DNA of 63,900 nucleotides, the filler included, from Octopus bimaculoides (lineage: Eukaryota), in assembly GCF_001194135.2 (NCBI RefSeq). It is 10 parts of 9 records of this genome, joined end to end, with 100 filler letters (N's around TTAATTAATTAA, not from the genome) between each part and the next. Parts side by side here need not be neighbours in the genome. Positions count along the whole stretch, not along the records: positions 39,329 to 45,852 come from NW_026371378.1; positions 45,953 to 50,113 come from NC_068996.1; positions 50,214 to 52,295 come from NW_026379979.1; positions 52,396 to 53,569 come from NC_068985.1; 6 more parts are not named here. One strand, given 5' to 3'. The notes under the pieces are model-generated. The model was not told where the DNA came from, ran no database searches, and was given only the letters and a program-made list of their open reading frames with translations. Below are positions 39,590 to 52,759 of this stretch, in pieces (position 1 is the stretch's first letter; every line of letters starts with the position of its first letter). The position numbers were made by a program, and so were the translations under genes.

Positions 39590-39965
39590 GTTCTTGCTTA
39601 CCAACCACAAGGTTCTGGGTTCAGTCCCACTGCGTGGCGCCTTGGGCAAGTGTTTTCTGCTATAGCCTTGGGCTGACCAAAGCCTTGTGAGTGGATTTGG
39701 CAGATGGAAACTGAAAGAAGCCCATCATATATATATAAATGTATATGTATGTATGTATGTGTATTTGTGTGTCTGTGTTTGTTCCCCCACCATTGCTTGA
39801 CAACCGATGTTGGTGTGTTTACGCCCCCATAACTTAACAGTTTGGCAAAAGAGAACGATAGAATAAATATTTAGCTTAAAAAGAATAACTCCTGGGATCG
39901 ATTTGTTCGACTAAAGGTGGTGCTCCAGCATGGCCACAATGAAATGACTGAAACAAATAAAAGAA
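39590..39965 (+). mobile_element. SINE family A
   Basis: Same head, body and 3' end as 32671-33025. Confidence 0.88.
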
Positions 39966-40259
39966 TACATGCAGTGCCCCAGAATGGCCCCAGTCTAATG
40001 TCTAAAACAAATAAGAGATAGATGATATTAACTTCAGGCTACACAATGTAAATTCCGGATGAATTTGGAGTTGTGTAGCATTTCCCTTCATGCCATAGTT
40101 ATTCCAAATTTATTAATGGCATTGAGGAAATTTTATGTATTGATTAATTAATTTTCCTAATCTATTAATATTCCTTTGAGTGTTCTACAGTTGCAAATTG
40201 TATCCTGGATGCTAACGAACTAATTACCACAATCGACATGATCTCTATAAGACTGATAT

Positions 40260-40561
40260 CTTTCTGTCTGTCTGCCTGTCTATCTACCTATCTATCTACC
40301 TGCCTATCTTTCTATCTCTGTCTATCTATCAGTCTGTCAGTATGTCTGTCTATCTATCTACCTACCTACCTATCTATCTATCTATCCTTCCATCCCTCTG
40401 TCTCTCTCTATCTCTCTCTATCTATCTATCTCTCTATCTATCTCTCTATCTATCTATCTCTCTATCTATCTATCCATCCATCCATCCATCTATCCATCTG
40501 TCTCTCTCTCTATCTATATCTATCTATCTATCTATTACCTATCTATTTATCTATCTATCCA

Positions 40562-40590
<29 letters not shown>
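40260..40590. repeat. (TATC)/(TCCA)/(TC)n compound microsatellite
   Basis: Direct inspection. Confidence 0.95.
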
Positions 40591-40593
<3 letters not shown>

Positions 40594-40679
40594 AGGTACC
40601 GACTGGACCACCTGAATGTACCAAAGTGGACATGGACCAACCGCATGCTTTTTATCTCACACCAGTCCAGGTGAGGTCA

Positions 40680-40790
40680 GGTTTAGCATGGTTTTTACAA
40701 CTGGACACCCTTCCAAATGCCAACCCCCTTACAGTGTAGGATGGGTGCTTTTTAATTGGCAGGGTCAACAAGTAACTTTGCAAGACAAGG
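40680..40790 (-). mobile_element. SINE-like family C fragment
   Basis: CTGGACACCCTTCCAAATGCCAACC..GGGTGCTTTT..CAGGGTCAACAAGTAACTTTGCAAGACAA matches 10930-11075. Confidence 0.6.
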
Positions 40791-41335
40791 AATCTGTGAG
40801 ATGGGAGGAGGGGGGGAGCATTAGAGTGGGGGATCTTGTGTCAGTTGATGAAAAGTTAGTGTGACAACAGAGAAATAAAGAGGCAGAAATAGGTGTCTTC
40901 TTATAAAAGCGGTACATGGTTACCCAGCCAGAGAGAGAGAGTTTATGTGAGATAAACAAGGAATACACAACCATAAAAGATGTTTTGCTCGTTCAGCTGG
41001 TTGGTTGATCAGTTGGTTGGTGATACCTGCCATTGGGATCCAACGGTTTCTAATCTGTTGACATGTAACATCAAGAAACGAAGCAAATGGTTTATATATA
41101 TATATATATATATTTACACACACTCATATGTATATATATATATATAGATATACACACACACATATATATATATATGCATGTATATATGTATGTATATATG
41201 TATGTACTTGTATGTATTGCGTGTGCATGTTTTAAAAAGTCTGCTACAAATAGGGCAATATTATAAAGGTGATTAACCAATTTTGTGATTAAATATTGAT
41301 TAATCCATTGATCACATATAATGAGCCTGATCGAT

Positions 41336-41373
<38 letters not shown>

Positions 41374-41674
41374 TACATAGTTACACACAGATAGATATGC
41401 GGATTCACACGCATATGCATATATATATATATATATATTGTTTTATTTATATACATATATATAATAAGAACATGTGTGTGTCTGTGTCTGTGTATGTGTG
41501 TGTATATATATATAATAGAAATAAGGCTATATATGTGCATATATCCTTATAATTATATTGTTACACACACACACACACACACATGTCTATCTACACAAAC
41601 AGGGGCATACATGCTTAAATAAATGCAATTATCTTTCAGAACAAGTAGACATCTATACCCCTCTCATCATCATC

Positions 41675-41706
<32 letters not shown>

Positions 41707-41966
41707 CGTCATTGTTGTCGTAGTCATTGTCCATTGGTGAGAGTGTGCGCATGGGTCTGTGGGTAGGTGGGTGGGTTGAATGCTGGGGTGGTGGTGGTGG
41801 AGGTTACGGTTCTGTAATTAAGCCCAATCAATTAGTAATCATTTGTTGTCAAGGTCTGCTGGTTGCCATGCTAACCAGAACATGGTGAATAGCTTGTTGC
41901 ACTCACTGGACATTTATACATGTATATATATATATATATGTGTGAATATATATGTATATATACATA

Positions 41967-42014
<48 letters not shown>

Positions 42015-42037
42015 CACATATGTATATGTATATATAT

Positions 42038-42448
42038 AGGTGCAGGAGTGGCTGTGTGGAAAGTAGCTTGCTTACCAACCACATAGTTCCAGGTTCAGTC
42101 CCACTGCCTAGCACCTTGGGCAATGTCTTCTACTATAGCCTCGGGCAGACCAAAGCCTTGTGAAAGGATTTTTGTAGATGGAAACTGAATGAAGCCCATC
42201 GTATACATATACATATATATATATATATATGTATGTGTGTGTTTGTTTGTTTGTGTGTCTGTGTTTATTCCCAACCATTGCCTGACAACCGATGTTAGTG
42301 TGTTTACATCCTCGTAACTTAGCAGTTTGGAGATAAAATAAGTGTTAGGCTGGTAGAGAATAAGTCCTGGGATTGATTTATTCGACTAAAGGCGCTGCTC
42401 CAGTATGGTCGCAGTCAAATGAGTGAAACAAGTAAAAGAATAAAAGAG
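42038..42448 (+). mobile_element. Full-length SINE family A
   Basis: Same diagnostic motifs as the other family A copies. Confidence 0.9.
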
Positions 42449-42670
42449 TATATGTGTGCATATCACCACCACCACCACCACCATCATTATCATCAACATC
42501 ATCACCACCACCATCATCTAGTGTCTATTTTCCATGCTGACATGGATATATATGTGTGTGTGTATGCATGTGTGTGTATATATGTGTATGTGTATAGGTT
42601 TTCCAGTATGTTTGCACACGTGCTTATATGCATGTGTATATGTATGTTTGTATATTTATGTACACATATA

Positions 42671-42723
<53 letters not shown>

Positions 42724-42790
42724 GGATATACACACACACATATATATATATATGTATATATATACATATATATATATATATGTGTGTATA

Positions 42791-42828
<38 letters not shown>

Positions 42829-43025
42829 TTTAGACACACTTTAATCGCAAACATTTACTATTTTACTGTGTCTTCCATCTCAACTGCCAATTAGCCAGAA
42901 ATGAGGTGTTAAGTTTAATTAATTAATCCGTAATTAATAAATTCCCATTGTTAGCACCTGTACTCTGATGCAAATTAGATTTGCCAATGTAGCTAAGTTG
43001 TTTTTATACATTATAAAGACCTTGT

Positions 43026-43064
43026 TTTCTGACGATGACCCAACGAGGTTAGAAACCGGTCAAG
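43026..43064 (+). ncRNA. Minimal type I hammerhead motif
   Basis: TTT-CTGACGA-T-GACC-CAACGA-GGTT-A-GAAA-CCGG-TC-AAG. Canonical core, palindromic ACCGGU stem III, weak stem I. Confidence 0.65.
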
Positions 43065-43429
43065 TTGCTTCATTTGTTTCTGTTCACAAAGACATAGAAA
43101 CAGGTTTACTTTGTATACTTTTAACAACCAGCTTCAAAAATTGTGAACTAAAATAAATATTCAGATCAGAACATGCAAAAATATGCTTTTCTTTTATTCT
43201 TTTGCTTGTTTCAGTCGTTTGACTGTGGCCATACTGGAGTATCACCTATATACATATTTAATTACATGTATGTGAATGCAGATTTGTATTGATGCCTATA
43301 CAAGCATGGTGTATATATGTACATTTATATATGTATGTGTGTGTGTGTGTGTGTGTATCTATATCTCTATATATATTTATTTATGTGTTTGTGTGTGCAA
43401 AACTATATCTATCTATCTACCAATCTATC

Positions 43430-43715
43430 ATCATCATCATCATCATCATCGTTTAACGTCCGCTTTCCATGCTAGCATGGGTTGGACGATTTGACTGAGG
43501 ACTGGTGAAACCGGATGGCAACACCAGGCTCCAATCTAATTTGGCAGAGTTTCTACAGCTGGATGCCCTTCCAAACGCCAACCACTCAGAGAGTGTAGTG
43601 GGTGCTTTTACGTGTCACCCGCACGAAAACGGCCACGCTCGAAATGGTGTCTTTTATGTGCCACCCGCACAAGAGCCAGTCCAGGGGCACTGGCAACGAT
43701 CTCGCTCGAAAAAGC
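43430..43715 (-). mobile_element. SINE-like family C, best-preserved copy
   Basis: Minus strand GTGGTTGGCGTTTGGAAGGGCATCCAGCTGTAGAAAC..CCAACCCATGCTAGCATGGAAAGCGGACGTTAAAC(GAT)n. Confidence 0.75.
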
Positions 43716-43726
43716 CAATCTATATC

Positions 43727-43763
<37 letters not shown>

Positions 43764-44147
43764 CTGTAAATATATATATAGTTTTGCTTCTACATGTGTG
43801 TTTACATGCAAAAATCATGTGACATACAGACATATGTGTGTGTGTATGAATATTTATCTATACATACAGGACTATATACACACACACTTATATGGACAGT
43901 GTCCGCATTCCCCCACCCCAACCTTCTGCATCACTGGACACCTCCTTGCTTCCACCCCCTCTTCCTGGATATATCTAGCACCGGTTGACCTTTGTACACA
44001 CAAACAAACAAAACAAAAACCGCAAAGACACACAGACGCTGCTTATCAATGTTACAACAGTAACTCGGAGTGTTTAATGAAGCGTGTAATTAAAGCAACC
44101 CCAATAACAACAACGGCAGCAACATGGAACTATAGATATATCGATGT

Positions 44148-44149
44148 CG

Positions 44150-44208
<59 letters not shown>

Positions 44209-44440
44209 CGATGAGGATAATAACAACAACAACAACAATAATGGAATAAAAAAAATAGTAGATGGAACAAATAGGGGCTGCAATAAGGGTGGAGCACTTG
44301 CAGAAAACAGCATTGCTTGGAACCGCTCGAATACTCTGGAAGGGGCTCGAAAAATAAGGGGTTTTACCTTAGTTCACTGGTAGGGAACAGCTGGCACCAT
44401 AGAACATCTTCAACATTAGAAGCTGTGCAAAGACAAATAA

Positions 44441-44478
<38 letters not shown>

Positions 44479-44490
44479 TAATAATAATAA
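44148..44490. repeat. (AAT)n/(AAC)n microsatellites
   Basis: Direct inspection. Confidence 0.9.
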
Positions 44491-45251
44491 AAAGAAATAT
44501 AACAAGTAACTGTAGAATATGTGGAGATCGACAAGANNNNNNNNNNNNNNNNNNNNNNNNNNNNNNNNNNNNNNNNNNNNNNNNNNNNNNNNNNNNNNNN
44601 NNNNNNNNNNNNNNNNNNNNNNNNNNNNNNNNNNNNNNNNNNNNNNNNNNNNNNNNNNNNNNNNNNNNNNNNNNNNNNNNNNNNNNNNNNNNNNNNNNNN
44701 NNNNNNNNNNNNNNNNNNNNNNNNNNNNNNNNNNNNNNNNNNNNNNNNNNNNNNNNNNNNNNNNNNNNNNNNNNNNNNNNNNNNNNNNNNNNNNNNNNNN
44801 NNNNNNNNNNNNNNNNNNNNNNNNNNNNNNNNNNNNNNNNNNNNNNNNNNNNNNNNNNNNNNNNNNNNNNNNNNNNNNNNNNNNNNNNNNNNNNNNNNNN
44901 NNNNNNNNNNNNNNNNNNNNNNNNNNNNNNNNNNNNNNNNNNNNNNNNNNNNNNNNNNNNNNNNNNNNNNNNNNNNNNNNNNNNNNNNNNNNNNNNNNNN
45001 NNNNNNNNNNNNNNNNNNNNNNNNNNNNNNNNNNNNNNNNNNNNNNNNNNNNNNNNNNNNNNNNNNNNNNNNNNNNNNNNNNNNNNNNNNATTTATAGAC
45101 ATATATATACACACACATATATATACATACATATAAACAAATATATACATATATACACACACATAAATATATATACATATATATATGTATATATATAAAT
45201 ATATATACATACATATAAACATATGCATATTTATATAAATATATACATATA

Positions 45252-45294
<43 letters not shown>

Positions 45295-45544
45295 GTATAT
45301 AAGTATGCATATATGTATCAAGTAAAGGTGATAAACCTCATTAAGGGATCATAAATCTAATGAAAATCCTGGTTCGTTAGCAATCTGTAGAGGTGATCAA
45401 CCATAAGGTAACCATATGAACCATGGGTCATATATTTATATATATAAAGAATGAAGAGAAAATGGAGAGGCAATTAATACAATTATTTATTAATTATAAA
45501 ATATGACAACATCTCTGACAGCTGTTTCGATTCAGAAATCTTTA

Positions 45545-45705
45545 TATATGACAGGCTTCTTTCAGTTTCCATCTACCAAATTCACTCATGTGGCTTTGGT
45601 TGGCGTGAGGCTACAGTAGAAGACACTTGCCCAACATGCCATGAAGTGGGACTGAACCTAAGACTATGAGGTTGGGAAGCAAGCTTATTACTACGCAGTC
45701 ATGCC
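45545..45705 (-). mobile_element. SINE family A 5' half
   Basis: Reverse complement of the family A head and body. Confidence 0.8.
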
Positions 45706-45725
45706 TGCATCTCTCTCTGTGTGTG

Positions 45726-45804
<79 letters not shown>

Positions 45805-45952
45805 GTATATGTATATTCTCTATTTACACATACAAACATATCTACACACCTTNNNNNNNNNNNNNNNNNNNNNNNNNNNNNNNNNNNNNNNNNNNNTTAA
45901 TTAATTAANNNNNNNNNNNNNNNNNNNNNNNNNNNNNNNNNNNNNNNNNNNN

Positions 45953-45990
<38 letters not shown>

Positions 45991-46059
45991 GTGAGTGTTT
46001 GTGTGTGTGTGTGTATAAGATAACTTAGATATGTATAAGATAACTTAGATATGTTTTGA

Positions 46060-47545
46060 TCAAAGATTGGTCCAGGTCATGACTAACATAATAACACCAC
46101 CTGATAAGATTTGCTAAATCCTTTATGAATCAATTTTTCTGGTATCATGGCCTACTCGAGTAGGGAGTTCTTGTTGAGTGAGTTACATCCAGGTATAGAT
46201 GGTTTAGCTGGTATCCCTTGAAGAAACCTGTCCCGATTCCGTTTAAAAATGATGGGATCCTTTTCCTCTTTGTTTTGGGACAATGTTAAATAGGACAGGA
46301 CCTGTTAAGAAAAAGGAATAGTATTGCAGTGTATTTATATGTTGTGATCCTGAATTAGGTAAAGTCCCGGATGAATTCTCAGACTAATATTGAGGTTGTT
46401 TGGGCAATGCTAGTCGTATACTCTCCACATCGTGCAAATGACATATCGATCACGGCGGCGCAGGAGAGAAAAGAGCTTCAATACTTTAAGGCAGTCCCAA
46501 TAATCAAGATAAGTCATGCCCTTTTAGTTAATGCCCTCTGGGGTGATTCAATTTTCGTAACGCTTTGTTTTGTGTGGAGAGGCCACAGGGGGAAGCAGTA
46601 TTCGCGGTGTGGCCGTACAAAGGAGAAAAGAGAAATGACGACACCTTGTTCTCTGGAACGGAATGTTCTTAGGATCCAGGAGCACATCCTACTAGCTATA
46701 GCGGCCTTATTGCTGGTGTGGGCACTCCAGCTGAGATTGTTGTCAACAATTACTCTTAGATATCTGATATCATTTGAAGCCGTGAGTGGCTCGCCTGAAG
46801 GAAGAGAATATGGTTGTTTTGCATAGTATTTTTCCTAAAATGCATCAATTCAAATTTTCCCTCATTTAGTTGCATTTTGTTTTAGTCTGCCCATTGGCTT
46901 ACAGCATGGATTTCAGTTTAGTCTTCTCCGTTGATAATTTTCTGAAAATTGGAGTCATCGGCGAATAGTTTCACTTTACTGTGTTTGATGAAGCTTTAAA
47001 TGTCGTTAATATAGACTATAAATAAAAGTGGGCCCAAGATAGTCCCCTGAAGGACACCATTTTTGCTTGGCTTGATCTAACATGTGTTCTGTTCTCCGAG
47101 AAATACTCAGTCCAGTGTAGTTGTTCTTCACGGATTCCAATATTTGGCAATTTTTGACAGTAGGATATTGTGATCGGCTCTGTCGAACGCTTTACTGAAA
47201 TCAACATATATGACATCAGATTTCGGACCTGATCCCAAGACTTTAAGGACATCATCTAACACAACTCTTACATTAGTAAAAGCTGTGTTAGACAGTCTGC
47301 CGCAGAGAAAGCCGTGGTGGTTTGAATTTAGGAAATTGTGGCTCTCCAGGAAGCCAGGTATCCTTGATCTCACCACCCTTTCAAACACTTTGGTGATATA
47401 GTAGGTGGGTGAGATTGCGTGATAGTTGACCGCGAAGGATCTGTTTCCACGTTTGAAAACAAGGAGGATAAGAGCTGTTTCGGTATATGACCTGAGTTTA
47501 AAGAATTTCTCCTGAGATTAGTCAGAGGGACTGCAAGTTGGTATA
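46060..47545 (-). mobile_element. CR1-group LINE, RT domain and 3' end (decayed)
   Basis: FERVVRSRI..FL..HHGF, DVIYVDFSKAFDRADHNILLSK, QGTILGPLLFIVYIND, VKLFADDS, GPVLFNIVPK..DP..FK. Confidence 0.9.
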
Positions 47546-47599
47546 TATATATATATTTCTGATGCAGCTGTTAAAATATCCGCGTCATATCATCAGTAA

Positions 47600-49659
47600 C
47601 ATTAGGGAACAAGAAAATTGGTGCCTGTGATATTACACTCTTTTTAAGTAAGTTTTGGTCTCTGATTCTAAATATGCCATTAGTTTTTTCTCCATTGCCT
47701 CTGGTTACTGAGATATGATATAACCCTAATTTTGATGCATACCACCGATGTCTACATTTTGATGCATACCACCTATGTCACTAGCACTGATGTCTACAAA
47801 TTATTATTATTTTTGCCTTCTGAATTAATAAAACGAATTCAAACACGTAGATTTCTTTTATTTATGAAGAATTTACATAAGAGAAGAAGCAAGCATAGAA
47901 AGTTGTCATTGATACACTTTTCATTTACTCTGATATCTCATAAAAGCGACGCTTCAAAGATTCCTTGTGGTGAGCTGGGCCAGGACAACCACTTTGAATA
48001 GACCAGCAGTAATCCACTATCATGTGCGTATCCCAATGTCCCTGGTGCCTTTCTTCCATAGTTTCTAAATCCTTGTGGAACCGTCCATCTTGCTCTTCAC
48101 TTAGATCACCAACATTTTCTGGGAAGCGATCCAAGTGGCTATGGAGATAATGCACTTTGATACTCATTGTACAGCCAAGTTAACGGAAAGAAAATAGCAT
48201 TCTCTCAACTAGCTCAGTGTAATTATCTGCTTTATAGTTCATAAGCAAATTGTGTACAGCATTGGCCTCAGTATTGTGCATTGAATCTTTGAAATGTGGA
48301 TCTTGGATGAGTTCTCTGATTTGCGGACCGTCAAAAATACCTGCCCTTAACTTCTTCATGCTCAGAGCTGGAAATTTTCTGCAGATGTAGCCAAACATCT
48401 CCCATCTTCGTTCAGAGCCTTTACAAACTGTTTCATTAAACTTAATTTGATGTGCAATTGTGGTAAAATGATATTATTCTAGTCAACCAATGGTTCTGAA
48501 ATAACATTCTTTTCTCCCACTACCATGTTTTCTCTCAGAGGCCACTGTTTTTTCATCCAGTGCTCATCCTTACATCTACGATCCCAGAGGCAGGTAAAGC
48601 AAGGATACTTAGTGTATCTAGTCTGCTGGCTCAGGAGAAACTTCACCATCTTTAGATCCACATAGATTAACAACTTGTGATTGCGGTATGATATCTTTTG
48701 TAGGAACAGGGCAATTGTTTTTAGCTCTTCAGTCATCTTAGTTGGGTGACCAATTGAGATCGATCTATATTAGTTTCCATTGTATAGAAGTACACATTTT
48801 ATGAACAGCCGCAATTCACTAGGTAGATATTGTGATATACCCATTTTCATCAGCAAGTCTTGAACATTGTTACAAAATGCAAAATCACTTTCCTCCGAGA
48901 AGAACGGCAGCAAATCTCATTCTCTGCTGCGATAGTATGTAATTTTAGTTTCCGGATGCAATAAATTCTCTGCTAGTCTAGACGTCAGCAATTCTATTGA
49001 TTTCTTTAAGAGATTTAGTTGCCTAACGAGGTCATTGAGCTCGGGCTGATTAAAAACATGTGCCACTGATAAGGTCCCTTCAGCATCACTGGTATTGTGA
49101 CTACTATTTACCAGTGAAGAACAGGATTTATATTCCTCAGATCGTTTTCCCGTGTCTAAATCAGGATACATCCATTTACGCCGATTACGTCCATTAATGC
49201 ATTTTATGTTAATCAGACAGAAGTAACAATCTTGACTGTGATTCCTCTAATCTGAACACCCCATAGGTATACCAAATTTCAGACATTTTCTCGCACCATT
49301 TGTTTACTGCCGAAGGCGCTTAATACAAGTTTTATAGACAATGTGTGGAGCCCATGTCTAATCTTGGTCCCCTAGTTTTATTTTGAAATAGCTTAAGTAG
49401 GCTTTTTTCCACAAAATCAGAGATAGATTTTCTCTGTTCCCTGATTGTATATTCAAGTATTTGTCAAATACTTTACAGACTATATCTGATTCTATAATAA
49501 CCCTGTCGGCAGACTATCCCAGATCCATGTGTGGGCAGCTGTACATTATCTCAAAAGTAGAGCTGCTAAAAAGAAATGAAGGACATATTCTTATTCGGAG
49601 GGTAAAACCTAAGGTCTAAGACCTAAGGAATCAATAATTTATTTTATTTGTTGCCAGTG
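47600..49659 (-). mobile_element. Chapaev3-like (CMC superfamily) DNA transposon, near full length, decayed
   Basis: TAA|CATTAGGGAACAAGAAAAT and ATTTTATTTGTTGCCAGTG|TAA give CAC/CAT termini with a 3-bp TAA TSD. Motifs: AYLSYFKIKLGDQD.WAPHIV..C...H..DCYFC, DLKMV.FLL.QQ..YTKYPCF.CLWD, KLRAGIFDGPQIR, MSIKVHYLHSHLDRFPENVGDLSEEQ..RFH.D...ME.R.QG.W...M..DYCWS. Confidence 0.8.
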
Positions 49660-50068
49660 TAATAATTTCGGTCAATACTTGCTAAATGGCAGAATTTTTG
49701 TACCCGATTTATCTTCAATATGATATCTATCCATAAAAAAACTGAGTATCAATAAATTTTGTTACAGCGTGGAATTTACGGTATTATACTTATGGTGTAT
49801 TAAGTAATTATATATTATATATTAGTATATACTAAAATATATCATAAATTCTAGACTTCGTCTATGTGTGTGTGTGTCTATATATATGTATATATATAAT
49901 ATATGCGTGTGTGTGTGTATACATACATATATACATATAGAAATATACACATGTATTGTGACTTTTTTTGTTGAATTGTCTGTTTATGTGTGTGTGTCTA
50001 TATATATATAACTAAACTTATACACATGCATTGTGACCTCTTTTGTTGAATTGTCTATCATGGTTAGT

Positions 50069-50113
<45 letters not shown>

Positions 50114-50213
50114 NNNNNNNNNNNNNNNNNNNNNNNNNNNNNNNNNNNNNNNNNNNNTTAATTAATTAANNNNNNNNNNNNNNNNNNNNNNNNNNNNNNN
50201 NNNNNNNNNNNNN

Positions 50214-50960
50214 TGTGGTCTATAGTATAAGATGTACAGAGGGACGATGCAGAAGTAAGACAATGACATATGTCGGCGAAAAAGCAAGGAGCATAGGGGA
50301 GCGGGCAAACGAACATTGGAGGGAACTTAAAGAAGGGAAGAACTCATCAGTTCTGTACCAGCACGCTGAGCAAGAACATAGAGGCTCAATCAACAACATA
50401 GAAATTAAAATCTTATCTACACATCGCAGTGATGCAGCACTTAGACAAATTACTGAAGCTACACACATAATAGAAGAGAAACCTAGCCTGAATAGGAAAC
50501 TAGAATGGAACACTAACACACACCACTAACAAACCACAAACCACAGCATGTGACAACATGTTACCCATAAACCAATAATAATATGAACACAGTATAATAC
50601 AATACATAGATAAACAAATGGAATTAAATACTACATATTTTAACAAAATTTAATTAAACACACACAACAAAAAAAAACCACAAACCAAAAAACACACACA
50701 CACACATGCACACATGAACAAATAAATAAATAAAACAAATACAAACGAACACGTATTAACAGCGTATATAGGTGATACACACATAAGAAGGAAGGAAACA
50801 AAGGACCACTGATGAGGTCACAGAAGTGTGACGAAAGAACTCTGGCCGAAATAAGATTAAGATTAATATAATATAAAGCTGAAGCAAATTAACACCAAAT
50901 ATACAGTGCGTGTGTTTTTATTGGCTAAACTGGCAATATGACCATCCCCAAGTACAACAA
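50214..50960 (+). mobile_element. Penelope-like element 3' end (GIY-YIG ORF end plus pLTR)
   Basis: The open frame 50215-50529 reads VYSIRC...TYVGEKARSIGERANEH..RQITEA..I.E.KPSLN. A hammerhead follows downstream; upstream lies in a gap. Confidence 0.85.
50806..50845 (+). ncRNA. Type I hammerhead ribozyme in PLE pLTR
   Basis: CCA-CTGATGA-G-GTCAC-AGAAGT-GTGAC-GAAA-GAAC-TC-TGG. Canonical core, 5-bp stem II, 3-bp stem I, CUC cleavage triplet. Confidence 0.8.
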
Positions 50961-52397
50961 CACTATATATATATATATATATATATNNNNNNNNNNNNNN
51001 NNNNNNNNNNNNNNNNNNNNNNNNNNNNNNNNNNNNNNNNNNNNNNNNNNNNNNNNNNNNNNNNNNNNNNNNNNNNNNNNNNNNNNNNNNNNNNNNNNNN
51101 NNNNNNNNNNNNNNNNNNNNNNNNNNNNNNNNNNNNNNNNNNNNNNNNNNNNNNNNNNNNNNNNNNNNNNNNNNNNNNNNNNNNNNNNNNNNNNNNNNNN
51201 NNNNNNNNNNNNNNNNNNNNNNNNNNNNNNNNNNNNNNNNNNNNNNNNNNNNNNNNNNNNNNNNNNNNNNNNNNNNNNNNNNNNNNNNNNNNNNNNNNNN
51301 NNNNNNNNNNNNNNNNNNNNNNNNNNNNNNNNNNNNNNNNNNNNNNNNNNNNNNNNNNNNNNNNNNNNNNNNNNNNNNNNNNNNNNNNNNNNNNNNNNNN
51401 NNNNNNNNNNNNNNNNNNNNNNNNNNNNNNNNNNNNNNNNNNNNNNNNNNNNNNNNNNNNNNNNNNNNNNNNNNNNNNNNNNNNNNNNNNNNNNNNNNNN
51501 NNNNNNNNNNNNNNNNNNNNNNNNNNNNNNNNNNNNNNNNNNNNNNNNNNNNNNNNNNNNNNNNNNNNNNNNNNNNNNNNNNNNNNNNNNNNNNNNNNNN
51601 NNNNNNNNNNNNNNNNNNNNNNNNNNNNNNNNNNNNNNNNNNNNNNNNNNNNNNNNNNNNNNNNNNNNNNNNNNNNNGAGAAATGGGAGTTTTTACATAC
51701 ATACATACAGACACACACACATATATGTATATATATATATATTCATGTCTCTATACATACATATTTATATATATAATATAATATAGGATAAATTCTTTAT
51801 AAGAATTTATCAAGTAGTCAGCGTAAAAAGAACCTCATAATGAAAAAAAATGAAAAAAATTCGTAATGAAAAAAAATGAAAAAATTCGTAATGAAAAAAT
51901 TCATCATCTTTTCATAAATATAAATAATTATATATAAAGGGCATTAACTGTGTAGTAATGCCGCACGCTTCGAGGGACTAAATAAGTCAAAAACTACCAA
52001 AAAATAAGCAACATATTTACTGAAAGCGAGGGAATGCAGCTTTCAAAATTTATCTCTTAAAAACATTTAACTCAACGGTAGACCACTAGTTTCTCAATCA
52101 AATACAGAAAAACTGTGAAGTAACCTGTATTCTTTTGTTCAACAGTACACGTATGGTCAAGATACATAAAAATAAACAAGAATCAACCTACCACGATGTT
52201 GCCACCACAGTACGATGACTTCTGTCCATAATTATATATCCATGGAAGAGATTTGAATTTATCCGGTTGCATCTCAGTAACATGTGCTTATACAGNNNNN
52301 NNNNNNNNNNNNNNNNNNNNNNNNNNNNNNNNNNNNNNNTTAATTAATTAANNNNNNNNNNNNNNNNNNNNNNNNNNNNNNNNNNNNNNNNNNNNTG

Positions 52398-52456
<59 letters not shown>

Positions 52457-52759
52457 ATATCAGTGGACTAACAAAAGGAAGTGACACTCAACACATTTGA
52501 CAATAGTTTGACTGTGCTCTACTAAACTTAAGGCTTCGTAGGCTCGTACCATCGAGAGATGGAGAGAGTTGGAGAGGGAGAGAGTGAGAGGGGAAGAGAG
52601 GGAGAGAGTGATAGAGAGAGAAAGAGAGCGAGAGAGAATATATGCATGCGTCAGTGTGTGTGTCCGCGTATGTATGTGTGAGCATATACGCGTGCGCGCA
52701 CCTACACACACAAACACACTCTTCATTCACTTACACATACATATACGTGTAGGAGTGAT

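Noticed and set aside
51835-51905. Short tandem repeats (AATGAAAAAAAATGAAAAAATTCGT), also 46012-46052 and 47730-47800
   Set aside because: Ordinary slippage duplications.
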